Shown piece after piece: positions 27,312-37,523 of a stretch of DNA of 64,000 bases. Under the pieces are notes generated by a model. It was not told where the DNA came from and did not search any database. It was given only the letters and a program-made list of their open reading frames with translations. The position numbers and the translations under genes were made by a program. Source of the DNA: Spirochaetaceae bacterium (GTDB lineage Bacteria; Spirochaetota; Spirochaetia; DSM-27196; SKKC01). The stretch is taken from the NCBI GenBank assembly GCA_007128315.1, contig SKXQ01000056.1, positions 74-64,073 of the forward strand. Direction: 5' to 3'. The number at the start of each line of letters is the position of its first letter. Position 1 is the stretch's first letter.

Positions 27312-28106
27312 ATGAATCTGAGAATCATGAGTTTTAATCTGCGATACAACAACCCGGACGACGGACGGTATGCCTGGCCCGACCGCATCAACGCGGTGAC
27401 GGCCCTCCTGACGCACCATGCACCGGATGTCCTCTGCACACAGGAGGGGCTGCACGAGATGCTGGAGACCGTGAGCGGAGCGTTTCCCCATTACACCCGA
27501 TTCGGTCAGGGGCGCATGGCCGACGGCAGCGATGAACACGTCGCCGTATTCGTGAATAAAAACGTCCTCAAGGTCGTTAATCACGGGCAGTTCTGGCTCT
27601 CGCCCGACCCGGATGTGCCGGGGAGCCGGGCATGGGACACCCTGTTCCCTCGTATCTGCACCTGGTGCGTCGTCGAAGGAGTCCACGACGCGGCGCGGCT
27701 GGCGGTTTTTAACGCTCATCTCGACAATCGTCAGGAACGCGCCAGAGTGGAAGGCGGCAGGTTACTGCGCGAGATGATGCCACAGGTCGCAGTGAAGGAA
27801 GGCGTCGAACCCGGCGCGGTCGTTCTGTGCGGAGATTTTAACGCCTACCCGGATACACCGGAGGTGCAGAGCTTCTGTAAGCCCGGCGAAGGGGAGGGTA
27901 AGGCTCTGGTGCTGTCAGGCTGCGACGATGTCGACCTTGGAACCTATCACGGCTTCCGCGGGGTACCGTCTCCTGCACCGATTGACTATATACTGAACGG
28001 CGAAGGCGTGACGGTCGCGCGCCGCGAGGTCGACCAGCAGCAGTATGAGAATACCTGGCCATCCGATCACTTTCCGGTGATCGCGGATATCACTGTGTCA
28101 CGCTGA
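27312..28106 (+). CDS. Endonuclease/exonuclease/phosphatase (EEP) family protein
   Basis: MNLRIMSFNLRY, VLCTQEG, VFNAHLD, LCGDFN and SDHFPV are canonical EEP catalytic strings. Start at the ATG 27312. Confidence 0.85.
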   Translation: MNLRIMSFNLRYNNPDDGRYAWPDRINAVTALLTHHAPDVLCTQEGLHEMLETVSGAFPHYTRFGQGRMADGSDEHVAVFVNKNVLKVVNHGQFWLSPDPDVPGSRAWDTLFPRICTWCVVEGVHDAARLAVFNAHLDNRQERARVEGGRLLREMMPQVAVKEGVEPGAVVLCGDFNAYPDTPEVQSFCKPGEGEGKALVLSGCDDVDLGTYHGFRGVPSPAPIDYILNGEGVTVARREVDQQQYENTWPSDHFPVIADITVSR

Positions 28107-29006
28107 AGCACCAGTTGCCCGGAGCCTCAATCCGTCCCAGGCCGTTGCTATGGGATAGCCTGTGCCGGAAAAGAAACGGTCCATTTCCGCGTGGGACCAA
28201 CCCTGATCGGGATTTATGTGGGTTGCACGTATCTGTGTGCCGGCGTGCAGGCATCCCGCATGGTCGAGTTCTTCGACCATGCGGACCAGGCTGCGACAGT
28301 CCAGATGCCCCGACGGTTTCGTGCCGCGGTCGGTTCGGGCTCCGAAGGTGCAGTCGAGTACGATCAGATCAAAGCTGCTCCCGCGAAGGAAGTCCACGGT
28401 TTCGGGTGCATAGTAGCCGGTATCGACCCCATAGAGCATCCGGAATCCGTTCGACAGTTGCAGGATGTAGTTCAGAGCCACGTCGTCCGCGACGCGGCCG
28501 GTGTGGGTGCCGGGGACAGCGCAGACCTGAATTTCACCGACCGTATACATTTCCCGGAGACGCAGGGTCTGAAACGAGAAACAGGGTTCAAGCCTGGCTC
28601 GCAGGTCGGCGATATCGGATTCGGTCGGGGCCGTCAGATTCTGTCCGTAGTAGCGCGTTCGCAGGAGCCAGTCGAGCGCGGGAGCACTCAGGTATACGGC
28701 CAGCTGCTTCTGGTCATGATCGTCTGCGTCCTGCTTCTGCAGGATTCCGTCGAGGTAGAGGTGATCGTTGTGGGTATGACTTATGAACAGGTGTTCAAGC
28801 CTGTCCCAGCTCATCTGTTCGCGCAGAAGCTGGTACCACGCATCCGGACCGGCATCAATCTGATAGCGCTCACCGATCCTGATTGAAGACCGGGAACGGA
28901 TGTCCCGCGTATCCGGAAACGGACCGCACATACGCGGTGAGTAACTCGCCGGGACACCTTGGGCTGCTCCGGTTCCAAGAAACAGAATGTCTTCATTACG
29001 GTACAT
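28098..29006 (-). CDS. MBL-fold metallo-hydrolase
   Basis: ILFLGTGAAQG and ISHTHNDHLY (HxHxDH). AAGGAA RBS 7 nt upstream of the ATG at 29006. The 3' end overlaps the convergent EEP gene by 9 nt. Confidence 0.8.
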   Translation of the reverse strand: MYRNEDILFLGTGAAQGVPASYSPRMCGPFPDTRDIRSRSSIRIGERYQIDAGPDAWYQLLREQMSWDRLEHLFISHTHNDHLYLDGILQKQDADDHDQKQLAVYLSAPALDWLLRTRYYGQNLTAPTESDIADLRARLEPCFSFQTLRLREMYTVGEIQVCAVPGTHTGRVADDVALNYILQLSNGFRMLYGVDTGYYAPETVDFLRGSSFDLIVLDCTFGARTDRGTKPSGHLDCRSLVRMVEELDHAGCLHAGTQIRATHINPDQGWSHAEMDRFFSGTGYPIATAWDGLRLRATGASA

Positions 29007-29102
29007 GTGCTCGTTCCTTAAGCTAATAAACGAAACTAACCGAAAGCTCACGAAAAAAACGTTGACAGATTACCAAAAAGGGATGACCCTGTTACTACGC
29101 TT

Positions 29103-29140
29103 CTTGAACATTAGACACGTGTTTCACGTTCGTGTTCAAG
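29103..29140. promoter_or_regulatory. Inverted repeat in the divergent MBL / ABC-SBP promoter region (candidate operator)
   Basis: CTTGAACA-(22 nt containing the palindrome ACACGTGT)-TGTTCAAG, 64 nt upstream of the SBP GTG. The locus encodes a LacI-family regulator at 40047. Confidence 0.3.
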
Positions 29141-29203
29141 TAAGCAGTTGGGGTTTCGACGCAATGTCGATTCGCACACGACCACATTTAAGGAGGTGCG
29201 TCA

Positions 29204-31141
29204 GTGAATTTACGACGTATCGTTTTGATGCTCATGACACTGTTGCTGAGTGTATCAGTGCTGTGGGCAGGCGGAAGGACCGAACAGGCTCCCGCAGCGG
29301 CAGACGAGGACTTCCTCTCTCAAATGGAAGCACCGATGCTCGCCGAGAGGGTTTCTCGAGGAGAGCTTCCACCGGTAGAAGATCGGCTTCCTTCACCTGA
29401 TCACAGAGCCGTGATCGAGCCGTATGAAGAACTCGGTCGCTATGGACTGTCCTGGCGGACGATGTATCGAGGTCCCGGTGACTGGCCCTGGTTCACCAGA
29501 ACGGTCGGCCACGAGCAGCTCGTACAGTGGAACCGTGCATGGGATCAGCTTGAGCCTGGTATCGCACGCGACTGGGAAGTAGCCGACGGTGGCCGAACCT
29601 ATACCTTCCATCTTCGCGAAGGCATGAAATGGCATGACGGAGCGGACTTCACCGCGAATGATTTCCGCTTCTGGTACGACAACGTTGTAACCCACCCCGA
29701 CATAATCCTTGCCTGGCCGGGTTTCTTTTATACCGACGGAGAACTGTTTGACCTTGAGACGCCGGATGACTACACCGTCATCTTCCGCTTCAGTGGAGTC
29801 AATGCGTTTTTCCTCCAGGCAGCCGCGTCTGCCGATGGCCGGTGGTTGATTCCCCACGCCGAGCACTACTTCAGCGAGTTCCACGGGGACATCAACTCTG
29901 ACGCCGACTCAATCGCACGCTCAGCGGGTTACTCCGACTGGGTCGAATACTACGAGTTCCTCGGCGACCAGTGGTGGGACAATCCTGATCGCCCGAGTCT
30001 GTACGCCTGGACGCCTCGTGTCGGCGTCGGTGACGCAACCGAACGCTGGATACTCGACCGCAATCCGTACTACTGGAAGGTCGATACGGCGGGACGTCAG
30101 CTTCCCTACCTCGATCAGGTTGTCATGGACAACATACCGGACAACGATGTGCGACTTCTTCGCATAACGTCCGGTCAGGTCGATCTGCACTCCCGTTCCA
30201 TGGGTGGTGATACGAACCTCCCGATCTACCGCGAGAACGCCGAACGCGGCAACTACCGCATCTTCGAACTCGACCGCAGCGATACAAACGTGCACGCAAT
30301 TTCGTTCAACCAGACGGTGAATGATCCGGTGCTGCGCGAGATTTTCGGGCAGCGTGATTTCCGTGTGGCTATGTCGCTCGCGATCAACCGCCAGGAGATC
30401 AACGATCTGCTGTACTTCGGCCGCACAGAACCTCATCACCACGGACCGCGTCCCGAGATGCCTTTCTATAACGAGCGGCTCGGAAAGCAGTACACCGAGT
30501 ACGATCCTGACGAAGCGAACAGACTTCTTGACGGGCTCGGTTACACACGCGGAAACGATGGCTGGCGCCGCGGACCGGACGGGAATACCATCAGCGTCAC
30601 GATCGACTCACACAGCGGTCAGGACGAGCTGGAGCTGGTAGAACAGTACTGGGAAGCCGTTGGCATTCAGACGAACCTGAATATCATTGAGCGGTCCTTT
30701 ATGACAGAACGCTACCTCAACAACCAGCACGAGGTTGGTCGCTACTTTGGTGGCCCCGGACTCATCGACTGGTTCCTCGATTCGCGCCACGAAGTCCCGA
30801 CGCACTGGGAATCCATCTTCGCAGTACCCTGGGCAAACTACTACTCAGGAGCATCGGGTCCTTCCGAAGAGCCCCCTGCCGATGTGCAGGAAATGCAGCG
30901 CATCTGGACCGAGATACAGCTTGAGCCGGACCTCAACCGGCAGATGCAACTTGCCGGTCCGCTTCTTGAAATGGCAGCCGATCGCTTTGACGTGATGGGT
31001 CTGCTGCTGACCCCGCCGAGTTACGGCATTGTTCGCAATGACTTCCGCAACTTCCCGGATCGTCAGTTCAACACCGGTGGTTCCTACAACGACCCCGGCC
31101 CGGCACGTCCGGAACAGTTTTTCACCACGCGCCCGCGCTGA
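29204..31141 (+). CDS. ABC transporter substrate-binding protein, family 5 (Opp/Dpp type; probably oligosaccharide-binding here)
   Basis: AGGAGG RBS 8 nt before the GTG. Signal peptide LMLMTLLLSVSVLWAGG. 645 aa with family-5 SBP features (WHDGxxFTAxDFxFWY, NPYYW). Confidence 0.9.
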   Translation: MNLRRIVLMLMTLLLSVSVLWAGGRTEQAPAAADEDFLSQMEAPMLAERVSRGELPPVEDRLPSPDHRAVIEPYEELGRYGLSWRTMYRGPGDWPWFTRTVGHEQLVQWNRAWDQLEPGIARDWEVADGGRTYTFHLREGMKWHDGADFTANDFRFWYDNVVTHPDIILAWPGFFYTDGELFDLETPDDYTVIFRFSGVNAFFLQAAASADGRWLIPHAEHYFSEFHGDINSDADSIARSAGYSDWVEYYEFLGDQWWDNPDRPSLYAWTPRVGVGDATERWILDRNPYYWKVDTAGRQLPYLDQVVMDNIPDNDVRLLRITSGQVDLHSRSMGGDTNLPIYRENAERGNYRIFELDRSDTNVHAISFNQTVNDPVLREIFGQRDFRVAMSLAINRQEINDLLYFGRTEPHHHGPRPEMPFYNERLGKQYTEYDPDEANRLLDGLGYTRGNDGWRRGPDGNTISVTIDSHSGQDELELVEQYWEAVGIQTNLNIIERSFMTERYLNNQHEVGRYFGGPGLIDWFLDSRHEVPTHWESIFAVPWANYYSGASGPSEEPPADVQEMQRIWTEIQLEPDLNRQMQLAGPLLEMAADRFDVMGLLLTPPSYGIVRNDFRNFPDRQFNTGGSYNDPGPARPEQFFTTRPR

Positions 31142-31167
31142 TAACAGCCGGCAATCTGGTGTATTAT

Positions 31168-31193
31168 GGCAGCCCCGGTTTTTCGGGGCTGCC
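31168..31193 (+). terminator. Perfect GC-rich stem-loop between SBP and permease genes (intra-operon attenuator/mRNA stabiliser)
   Basis: GGCAGCCCCG-gttttt-CGGGGCTGCC: 10-bp perfect stem, 27 nt after the SBP stop. No downstream U-run. Confidence 0.5.
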
Positions 31194-31219
31194 CTTATGT
31201 CTGAAGGAGGACCACCTCA

Positions 31220-32209
31220 GTGCTTACCTATATCGTGCGACGAGTCCTGTATATGATACCCACCGTATTCCTGATCTCCGTGGTCGCATTCATCGTCATT
31301 AACCTTCCTCCCGGGGACTATCTGACTTCGATGGTTGCAATGCAGATGGAAGAGGGAGACGCCGCCGCCGCGCAGGCTCAGGCCGAGCGTCTGAGAGTGC
31401 GTTATGGACTCGGAGAGCCGGTTATCGTTCAGTACTGGCGCTGGATTTCGGGTATAGTCCTCAGAGGTGACTTCGGACACTCCTTTGAATGGCGCAGACC
31501 GGTCAGCTCGCTGATATGGACCAGGCTCGCGCTCACCTTTGTCCTTTCTCTCACAACAACCATGTTCATCTGGATCGTGGCAATTCCGATAGGCATATAT
31601 TCCGCCGTGAAGCAGTACTCTATCGGCGACTATGTGGCTACCACCGTTGGTTTTATCGGACTTGCTATTCCCAATTTTCTGCTGGCTCTGATTTTCATGT
31701 ACATAGGTTTTTCGGTGTTCGGACAGAACGTCGGGGGTCTGTATTCGCCGCAGTACATCGGTGAACCCTGGACGATAGACAAGATTCTCAACATGCTTAC
31801 ACACCTGTGGATTCCCGTGGTAGTTCTCGGAACGGCAGGTACCGCCGGACTCATTCGTACGATGCGCGCCAACCTGCTCGATGAACTCCGAAAACCTTAT
31901 GTGGTCACTGCCCGATCAAAAGGGCTTACCGAGCGCAGGGTTATCATGAAATACCCGGTTCGCATCGCCATGAACTTTTTTGTCAGTGCGCAGTCGAATA
32001 TTCTGGTATCGCTGATATCGGGTGCAACGATTGTGTCTGTTGTCCTGAATCTACCGACGACCGGTCCGCTGCTGCTCGGGGCTCTCATGGCTCAGGACAT
32101 GTATCTTGCAGCGACGTTTATTCTCCTGCTGAGCACATTGAATGTAATCAGCACGCTTATCTCGGACATCGTTCTCGCGTGGTTGGACCCCCGCATTCGC
32201 TACTCATAA
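31220..32209 (+). CDS. ABC transporter permease (DppB/OppB-like)
   Basis: MLTYIVRRVLYMIPTVFLISVVAFIVINLPPGD is the typical DppB N-terminus. EAA-loop region RTMRANLLDELRKPYVVTARSKGL. C-terminus AWLDPRIRY. Confidence 0.9.
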   Translation: MLTYIVRRVLYMIPTVFLISVVAFIVINLPPGDYLTSMVAMQMEEGDAAAAQAQAERLRVRYGLGEPVIVQYWRWISGIVLRGDFGHSFEWRRPVSSLIWTRLALTFVLSLTTTMFIWIVAIPIGIYSAVKQYSIGDYVATTVGFIGLAIPNFLLALIFMYIGFSVFGQNVGGLYSPQYIGEPWTIDKILNMLTHLWIPVVVLGTAGTAGLIRTMRANLLDELRKPYVVTARSKGLTERRVIMKYPVRIAMNFFVSAQSNILVSLISGATIVSVVLNLPTTGPLLLGALMAQDMYLAATFILLLSTLNVISTLISDIVLAWLDPRIRYS

Positions 32210-32237
32210 ACATCACACACCGCGACAGGAGTTACCA

Positions 32238-33497
32238 TTGGAATCGAGAAGACCAGACGGACCGGCCGACAGAGACCACATGCGAGGAAGACGCGCCCGG
32301 TGGATGCATCTGCCGTTCTGGAGCCGCATACGAAAAACCCGGCAGGGCAAGCTTGCCGGAGACGAACCGATTGGCGTAGGTGATAATCCTCTGCTGCGAG
32401 AAGAAACCACCGGTGCTTCCGAGGAAACACAATGGCGCTTGATCTGGCGCCGTTTTCGAAGGCATCACCTCGCCATGGGCGGCCTGGTCGTCGTGCTGAT
32501 GCTTTACGGCGTCGCGGCCTGCGCCGAGTTTCTCGCGCCTATGAATCCCCGCGCATTTGACTCAAAGTATCCATACGCGCCACCTCAGCGGGTACGCATG
32601 TTTCATGAGTCAGAGGAAGGCGTGAGTTTTCGTCCTCATGTACTCGACTACCGCGTGGAACTCGATTCGGTACAGATGACCCGTGTGTTTCACGATGATC
32701 CAGACCAGGTGGTTGATCTCGGTTTCTTCGTCGAGACAGAGCCGTATCGCCTCATGGGTTTCATTCCGATGCGGCGGCAGTTCTTCGGACCGGTTAATCC
32801 TGACCACTCGTTCTTTCTCCTCGGTGCCGACCGGCTCGGCCGCGACCTGCTCAGTCGGATGATCTATGGGACACGCATCTCCATGACCGTCGGTCTGATC
32901 GGAGTCACGCTGAGTCTCGTCCTCGGGATCACGCTCGGTGGGATGTCGGGCTACTTCGGAGGCTGGATCGACAACCTCATACAAAGGCTCATTGAGTTCC
33001 TGCAGTCCATTCCATCCATTCCACTCTGGCTCGGTCTCTCGGCGGCTATTCCGCCGCGTGTTGATCCGCTGATGGTGTATTTTTACATCACTATCATCCT
33101 GTCGATCCTTGGATGGACGGGGCTCGGTCGCGTTGTACGGGGCAAGTTCATGTCCCTGAAGACGGAAGACTTTGTCCTGGCGGCGCGACTCGACGGCTGT
33201 TCGAGTGGTCGCATTATCCGACGCCACATGGTCCCTTCGTTCATGAGCCACATAATCGCGACGACAACGCTGGCCATTCCGCACATGATCATAGGAGAGA
33301 CCTCACTGAGCTTTCTCGGTCTCGGCCTTCGCCCGCCGGTCATAAGCTGGGGTGTGCTTCTGCAGGAAGCCCAGAACATCCGGACGGTTGCGACTGCGCC
33401 GTGGCTTCTGCTGCCCGGTGCGATGGTTGCCGTAGCGGTACTGGCGCTCAATTTCCTTGGTGATGGTCTTCGTGACGCATCTGACCCATACGCATAG
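32238..33497 (+). CDS. ABC transporter permease (DppC/OppC-like) with N-terminal extension
   Basis: TTG start with AGGAG 7 nt upstream. WRLIWRRFRRHHLAMGGLVVV, ARLDGCSSGRIIRRHMVPS, and C-terminus LGDGLRDASDPY. Confidence 0.85.
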   Translation: MESRRPDGPADRDHMRGRRARWMHLPFWSRIRKTRQGKLAGDEPIGVGDNPLLREETTGASEETQWRLIWRRFRRHHLAMGGLVVVLMLYGVAACAEFLAPMNPRAFDSKYPYAPPQRVRMFHESEEGVSFRPHVLDYRVELDSVQMTRVFHDDPDQVVDLGFFVETEPYRLMGFIPMRRQFFGPVNPDHSFFLLGADRLGRDLLSRMIYGTRISMTVGLIGVTLSLVLGITLGGMSGYFGGWIDNLIQRLIEFLQSIPSIPLWLGLSAAIPPRVDPLMVYFYITIILSILGWTGLGRVVRGKFMSLKTEDFVLAARLDGCSSGRIIRRHMVPSFMSHIIATTTLAIPHMIIGETSLSFLGLGLRPPVISWGVLLQEAQNIRTVATAPWLLLPGAMVAVAVLALNFLGDGLRDASDPYA

Positions 33498-33514
33498 AGA
33501 ACAGGACGGAAGCA

Positions 33515-34630
33515 GTGTTACTACGAAAAAAGATACAGTACGGGCGCCCGGGTTCAGCAATCCTCGATGCGGATGCGGCGGGCATGCGTCCCGAAAACCT
33601 TGTCGAGGTGAGAAACCTGCAGACGCATTTCTTTACCGACAGAGGTATTGTGAAAGCCGTCGACGGCGTGTCGTTTGCGGTGCCGAAAGGAAAGACCATC
33701 GGCATCGTCGGTGAATCAGGCTCCGGTAAGAGCATCACGGCCCGATCCCTCATGAGCCTTATTGATCCTCCCGGACGAATCGTGTCCGGTGAGATACTGC
33801 TCGAGCGTCAGGACGGACAGATCGTCGATATCGCCCGCCTTGACCCTTTCGGATCGGAGATCCGCGCTATTCGAGGTGCCGATATCGCGCTCATTTTCCA
33901 GGAACCGATGGCGGCACTCAGTCCGGTTCATACGATCGGAAACCAGATCATCGAAATGATACAGATTCACGAGGATCTCGATGACAAGGCGGCACGGGAT
34001 AAGGCGATCGACATGCTCAGGCGTGTCGATATGCCCAAAGCCGAGCAGCGCATAGACGCGTATACCTTCGAGCTCTCCGGTGGTATGAGGCAGCGGGCAA
34101 TGATCGCCATGGCCCTGGCATGCCGCCCACGTCTGGTCATTGCCGACGAGCCGACAACAGCGCTCGATGTCACGACCCAGGCGACCATACTCGATCTCTT
34201 GCGGGAGTTGCAGAGCCGGGACGAGATGTCGGTCATGTTCATTACGCACGATCTTGGTGTCGTAGCCGAGATTGCAGACGAAGTCGCAGTCATGTACCTC
34301 GGACGTGTCGTCGAACGTGGTCCGGTCGACGATATTTTCGAGCAGCCTATGCATCCCTACACCCGCGCGCTGATCCGCTCCATTCCGAAGCTGGGGGTTC
34401 GGGGTCGGCACCGGCTGGAGGCGATTTCCGGAATGGTGCCGCATCCGTCAAACCGACCGCAGGGATGCCCTTTTCACGATCGCTGTCCGGAGTTCATGCC
34501 TGGCGTCTGCGACCGGATCGTTCCACCGCTGGAGAAAATCGGGGAGCGACGCGACGTGAGCTGCCTGCTACACAGTGACGTCGAAGCCCTCAAAGCAGCG
34601 TCTGAACAGGAGACCACATCAGATGAGTGA
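33515..34630 (+). CDS. ABC transporter ATP-binding protein (OppD/DppD-like)
   Basis: GESGSGKS, LSGGMRQR, LVIADEPTTALD, and the C-terminal oligopeptide-type extension with CPFHDRCP. Alternative start at ATG 33584. Confidence 0.9.
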   Translation: MLLRKKIQYGRPGSAILDADAAGMRPENLVEVRNLQTHFFTDRGIVKAVDGVSFAVPKGKTIGIVGESGSGKSITARSLMSLIDPPGRIVSGEILLERQDGQIVDIARLDPFGSEIRAIRGADIALIFQEPMAALSPVHTIGNQIIEMIQIHEDLDDKAARDKAIDMLRRVDMPKAEQRIDAYTFELSGGMRQRAMIAMALACRPRLVIADEPTTALDVTTQATILDLLRELQSRDEMSVMFITHDLGVVAEIADEVAVMYLGRVVERGPVDDIFEQPMHPYTRALIRSIPKLGVRGRHRLEAISGMVPHPSNRPQGCPFHDRCPEFMPGVCDRIVPPLEKIGERRDVSCLLHSDVEALKAASEQETTSDE

Positions 34631-35696
34631 AACAACGCCTCAGACAGCGATGGCAGGCACGACAGAACCGACGCTCGACACAGACGAGCTTCTCCGGCTG
34701 GAGTCGCTCTGCGTGCATTTTCCGATCTATAAGGGATTGCTGCGACGCCACGCCGGTGACGTCCGGGCCGTGGACGATGTCCATCTCTCAGTTAAGAAAG
34801 GGGAGGTCCTCGGTCTCGTCGGTGAGTCCGGTTGCGGCAAGACGACAACCGGTCGGAGCATCGTTCGCATTCTCAAACCCACCTCGGGGAAAATTCTTTA
34901 TCAGGAAGAGCACGGCAAGGTCGTCGACCTTGCACAGCTCAACGACCGGCAGCTGTTCAAGTATCGTGCTGACATCCGGATGGTGTTTCAGGATCCGTTC
35001 TCCTCGCTCAATCCACGTCTGACCGTCGGAGATATTATCGGAGAAGTACTCGAAATACAGGGATGGCGAAAATCCGATATAAACGACAGAGTCCGCTATC
35101 TCCTGGAGAAAGTCGGGCTGCGGCCCGAATACGTCGGACGCTTTCCTCACGCGTTCAGCGGCGGTGAGCGTCAGCGCATCGGTATCGCCAGGTCACTCGC
35201 GACCAATCCGAGGCTTGTTGTCGCCGACGAGTCTGTTTCGGCACTTGATGTTTCGATACAGGCTCAGACCATCAACCTGCTACAGGATCTGCAGGAAGAG
35301 TTTGGCTTGACCTACCTCTTCGTTGCCCACGACCTCTCGGTCGTCGAGCATATCAGCGACCGGGTTGCCGTCATGTATGTTGGAAAGATCGTTGAAGTCG
35401 CCGACAAGGATTCGCTCTTCGGCAGTCCGAAGCATCCCTACACGGAGGCACTTCTGCACTCCGTCCCGAAGCCGGATCCGAAAAGACGGCGGCTCGGCAC
35501 TGTTCCGAAGCTCAAGGGCGAGGTTGCCGATCCGGCGAATCCACCGAGGGGCTGCTACTTCCACCCACGGTGTCCCTACGCGCAGGACAAGTGCCGGGTC
35601 GAGCGACCGGCGCTGCGTGCGCTTCCGGGTGGGCGTCAGGTTGCCTGTCATTTTGCCGAAGAGCTCGACCTCGAAGGTATACCGGCGGTCGAATAA
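34623..35696 (+). CDS. ABC transporter ATP-binding protein (OppF/DppF-like)
   Basis: [29 protein letters not shown] and CYFHPRCP. Start at ATG 34623, an 8-nt overlap with the upstream gene. Confidence 0.9.
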   Translation: MSETTPQTAMAGTTEPTLDTDELLRLESLCVHFPIYKGLLRRHAGDVRAVDDVHLSVKKGEVLGLVGESGCGKTTTGRSIVRILKPTSGKILYQEEHGKVVDLAQLNDRQLFKYRADIRMVFQDPFSSLNPRLTVGDIIGEVLEIQGWRKSDINDRVRYLLEKVGLRPEYVGRFPHAFSGGERQRIGIARSLATNPRLVVADESVSALDVSIQAQTINLLQDLQEEFGLTYLFVAHDLSVVEHISDRVAVMYVGKIVEVADKDSLFGSPKHPYTEALLHSVPKPDPKRRRLGTVPKLKGEVADPANPPRGCYFHPRCPYAQDKCRVERPALRALPGGRQVACHFAEELDLEGIPAVE

Positions 35697-37523
35697 ATGA
35701 TTGATTCACGGCAGGTAGAAGAGGTCCTTCGCCGAACGTTGCCGGACTTTCCCTTTCCCCCCATCGGATCAGAGACCTGGATCCGGAGAGTCCGCCCGGA
35801 TGTCTGGGTGGATATGAGAGAACTTGTCGAGAGAAGCTCGGCCTCGACTGTCCCCGAACTTCGGGCCCGCGACATTCTCGCCTTTACCCGAAGCGGCGAT
35901 CGGGATGTGTTCCAGGATGCACACCATCGCAGACGGCAGGAGCTTGTGTGTCTCGCCACTGCCCTTGCACGCGATCTCGCACAACCAGGGGTCGATGGTC
36001 TGCTCGAGCGCGATGAAATAATTGATCGTATACAGGATCGTCTTTGGGCAGTATGCGAGGAAAGCTCGTGGATACTCTCGGCTCATTTGTGGAACAACGG
36101 ACTTTCGTCGGATCTTCCGCCGCCGGATATTCACATGATCGATCTTGCCGCTGCGCAGACCGCGCTTACATTGTGCGAGATTCTGTATCTTACCGAAGAA
36201 TATCTGCACCCGGAAATCGTCGATCGTGTCGACCATGAACTGGAACAGCGTATCTACAGACCGTACCTGTACAGGAACAACTTTCACTGGATGACCTCGT
36301 ATCATAACTGGAACGTCGTGTGTCACGCAGGCATTGCCGGGGCTGTGCTCTATCGCGGCGGCAGCAGGTATCGTGGCCCCGTAATCGCCAAGATCATGCA
36401 GCATGTCGGGCGCTACATCGATGGACACGATGAACAGGGTTCGACACCGGAGGGAATCATGGTGTGGAACTATGGATTCGGTCACTTATGTCTGCTTAAT
36501 GATTATCTGGAGCGATGGACCGATGGTGAGATCTCGGTGTTTCGTGAACAGGAGGCCAAGGTCAGGGAAATTGCCGATTTTCCCCGCAGAGTGCATCTGT
36601 CGGGAGAAGAGTACGTCAATTTTTCCGACTGTGACCGGACGACACGGCTTACGCCCTTCGTGTTCGACTATCTGCACCACCGTTTTGGTGTTCCACGATC
36701 GATCCCTCCGTACACCGGTATCAAGGAGCACGACTACATCCTTCGGGTGCTTTTCACGCCCGCAGATTCCGAACTCCCCTGGATGGCGTCCCATCCGAAG
36801 GCGGTGTTCTTTGAAGGGAATCAGTGGCTTATTGTGCGGGATGATGACAGCGCCACCCCGCGGGTCACCATCGCGACCAGGGGCGGACACAACGGCGAGA
36901 GCCATAATCATAACGATCTTGGTACGTTTATTGTTCATATTGACGGCGAGAGCCTCATAGCGGACCTCGGACGCGATCGCTTTACCCGTGACACCTTCGC
37001 CGGAGACCGCTACGCTGCGCTCGCCTACTCCAGCCGTGGACACTCTGTACCTCGTATACAGGGGTGCTTCCAGTCGCCGGGGGAATCGTTCCGCAGTCGC
37101 GTGCTGCACCGGGAGTCAGGGGCAGTCGAACGGATCGTCTATGACCTCACCGCGGCCTACCCGCCGGAAGCCGGCTGTGCACTCTTCCACCGCAGCTTCG
37201 CGTACAGGCGACGCGACGACGTACTTGAGATACACGACGAGTTTCGACCTGTAGCGGGCACACATACGCTCGATGTCGAGGAGGTGCTCTGGAGTTTCAG
37301 TCCCTTCACGATCGTCTCCGACACCGGGTTCACAGTCTCCGGCAACACGGCCCGAGTCAGCGGAAGGTTCAACCGGCAGCCAGTCAGCTTCTCCGTCGAC
37401 AAAATGACCGAAGCGGTTCAGGGCGAGACTGCATGGTGCCTGCGGGCGCGGTTTCAGCTGCCTGAAGCAACGGTTCTGTCGGTTACGATGGACCTCGGCA
37501 ACACACAAGGATATCAGACATGA
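35697..37523 (+). CDS. Heparinase II/III-like protein, second copy, no signal peptide
   Basis: ATG immediately after the ATPase stop (TAAATG). GGHNGESHNHNDLGTFIVHIDGESLIADLG is the Hepar_II_III core. The helical N-half fits a toroid. Confidence 0.8.
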   Translation: MIDSRQVEEVLRRTLPDFPFPPIGSETWIRRVRPDVWVDMRELVERSSASTVPELRARDILAFTRSGDRDVFQDAHHRRRQELVCLATALARDLAQPGVDGLLERDEIIDRIQDRLWAVCEESSWILSAHLWNNGLSSDLPPPDIHMIDLAAAQTALTLCEILYLTEEYLHPEIVDRVDHELEQRIYRPYLYRNNFHWMTSYHNWNVVCHAGIAGAVLYRGGSRYRGPVIAKIMQHVGRYIDGHDEQGSTPEGIMVWNYGFGHLCLLNDYLERWTDGEISVFREQEAKVREIADFPRRVHLSGEEYVNFSDCDRTTRLTPFVFDYLHHRFGVPRSIPPYTGIKEHDYILRVLFTPADSELPWMASHPKAVFFEGNQWLIVRDDDSATPRVTIATRGGHNGESHNHNDLGTFIVHIDGESLIADLGRDRFTRDTFAGDRYAALAYSSRGHSVPRIQGCFQSPGESFRSRVLHRESGAVERIVYDLTAAYPPEAGCALFHRSFAYRRRDDVLEIHDEFRPVAGTHTLDVEEVLWSFSPFTIVSDTGFTVSGNTARVSGRFNRQPVSFSVDKMTEAVQGETAWCLRARFQLPEATVLSVTMDLGNTQGYQT

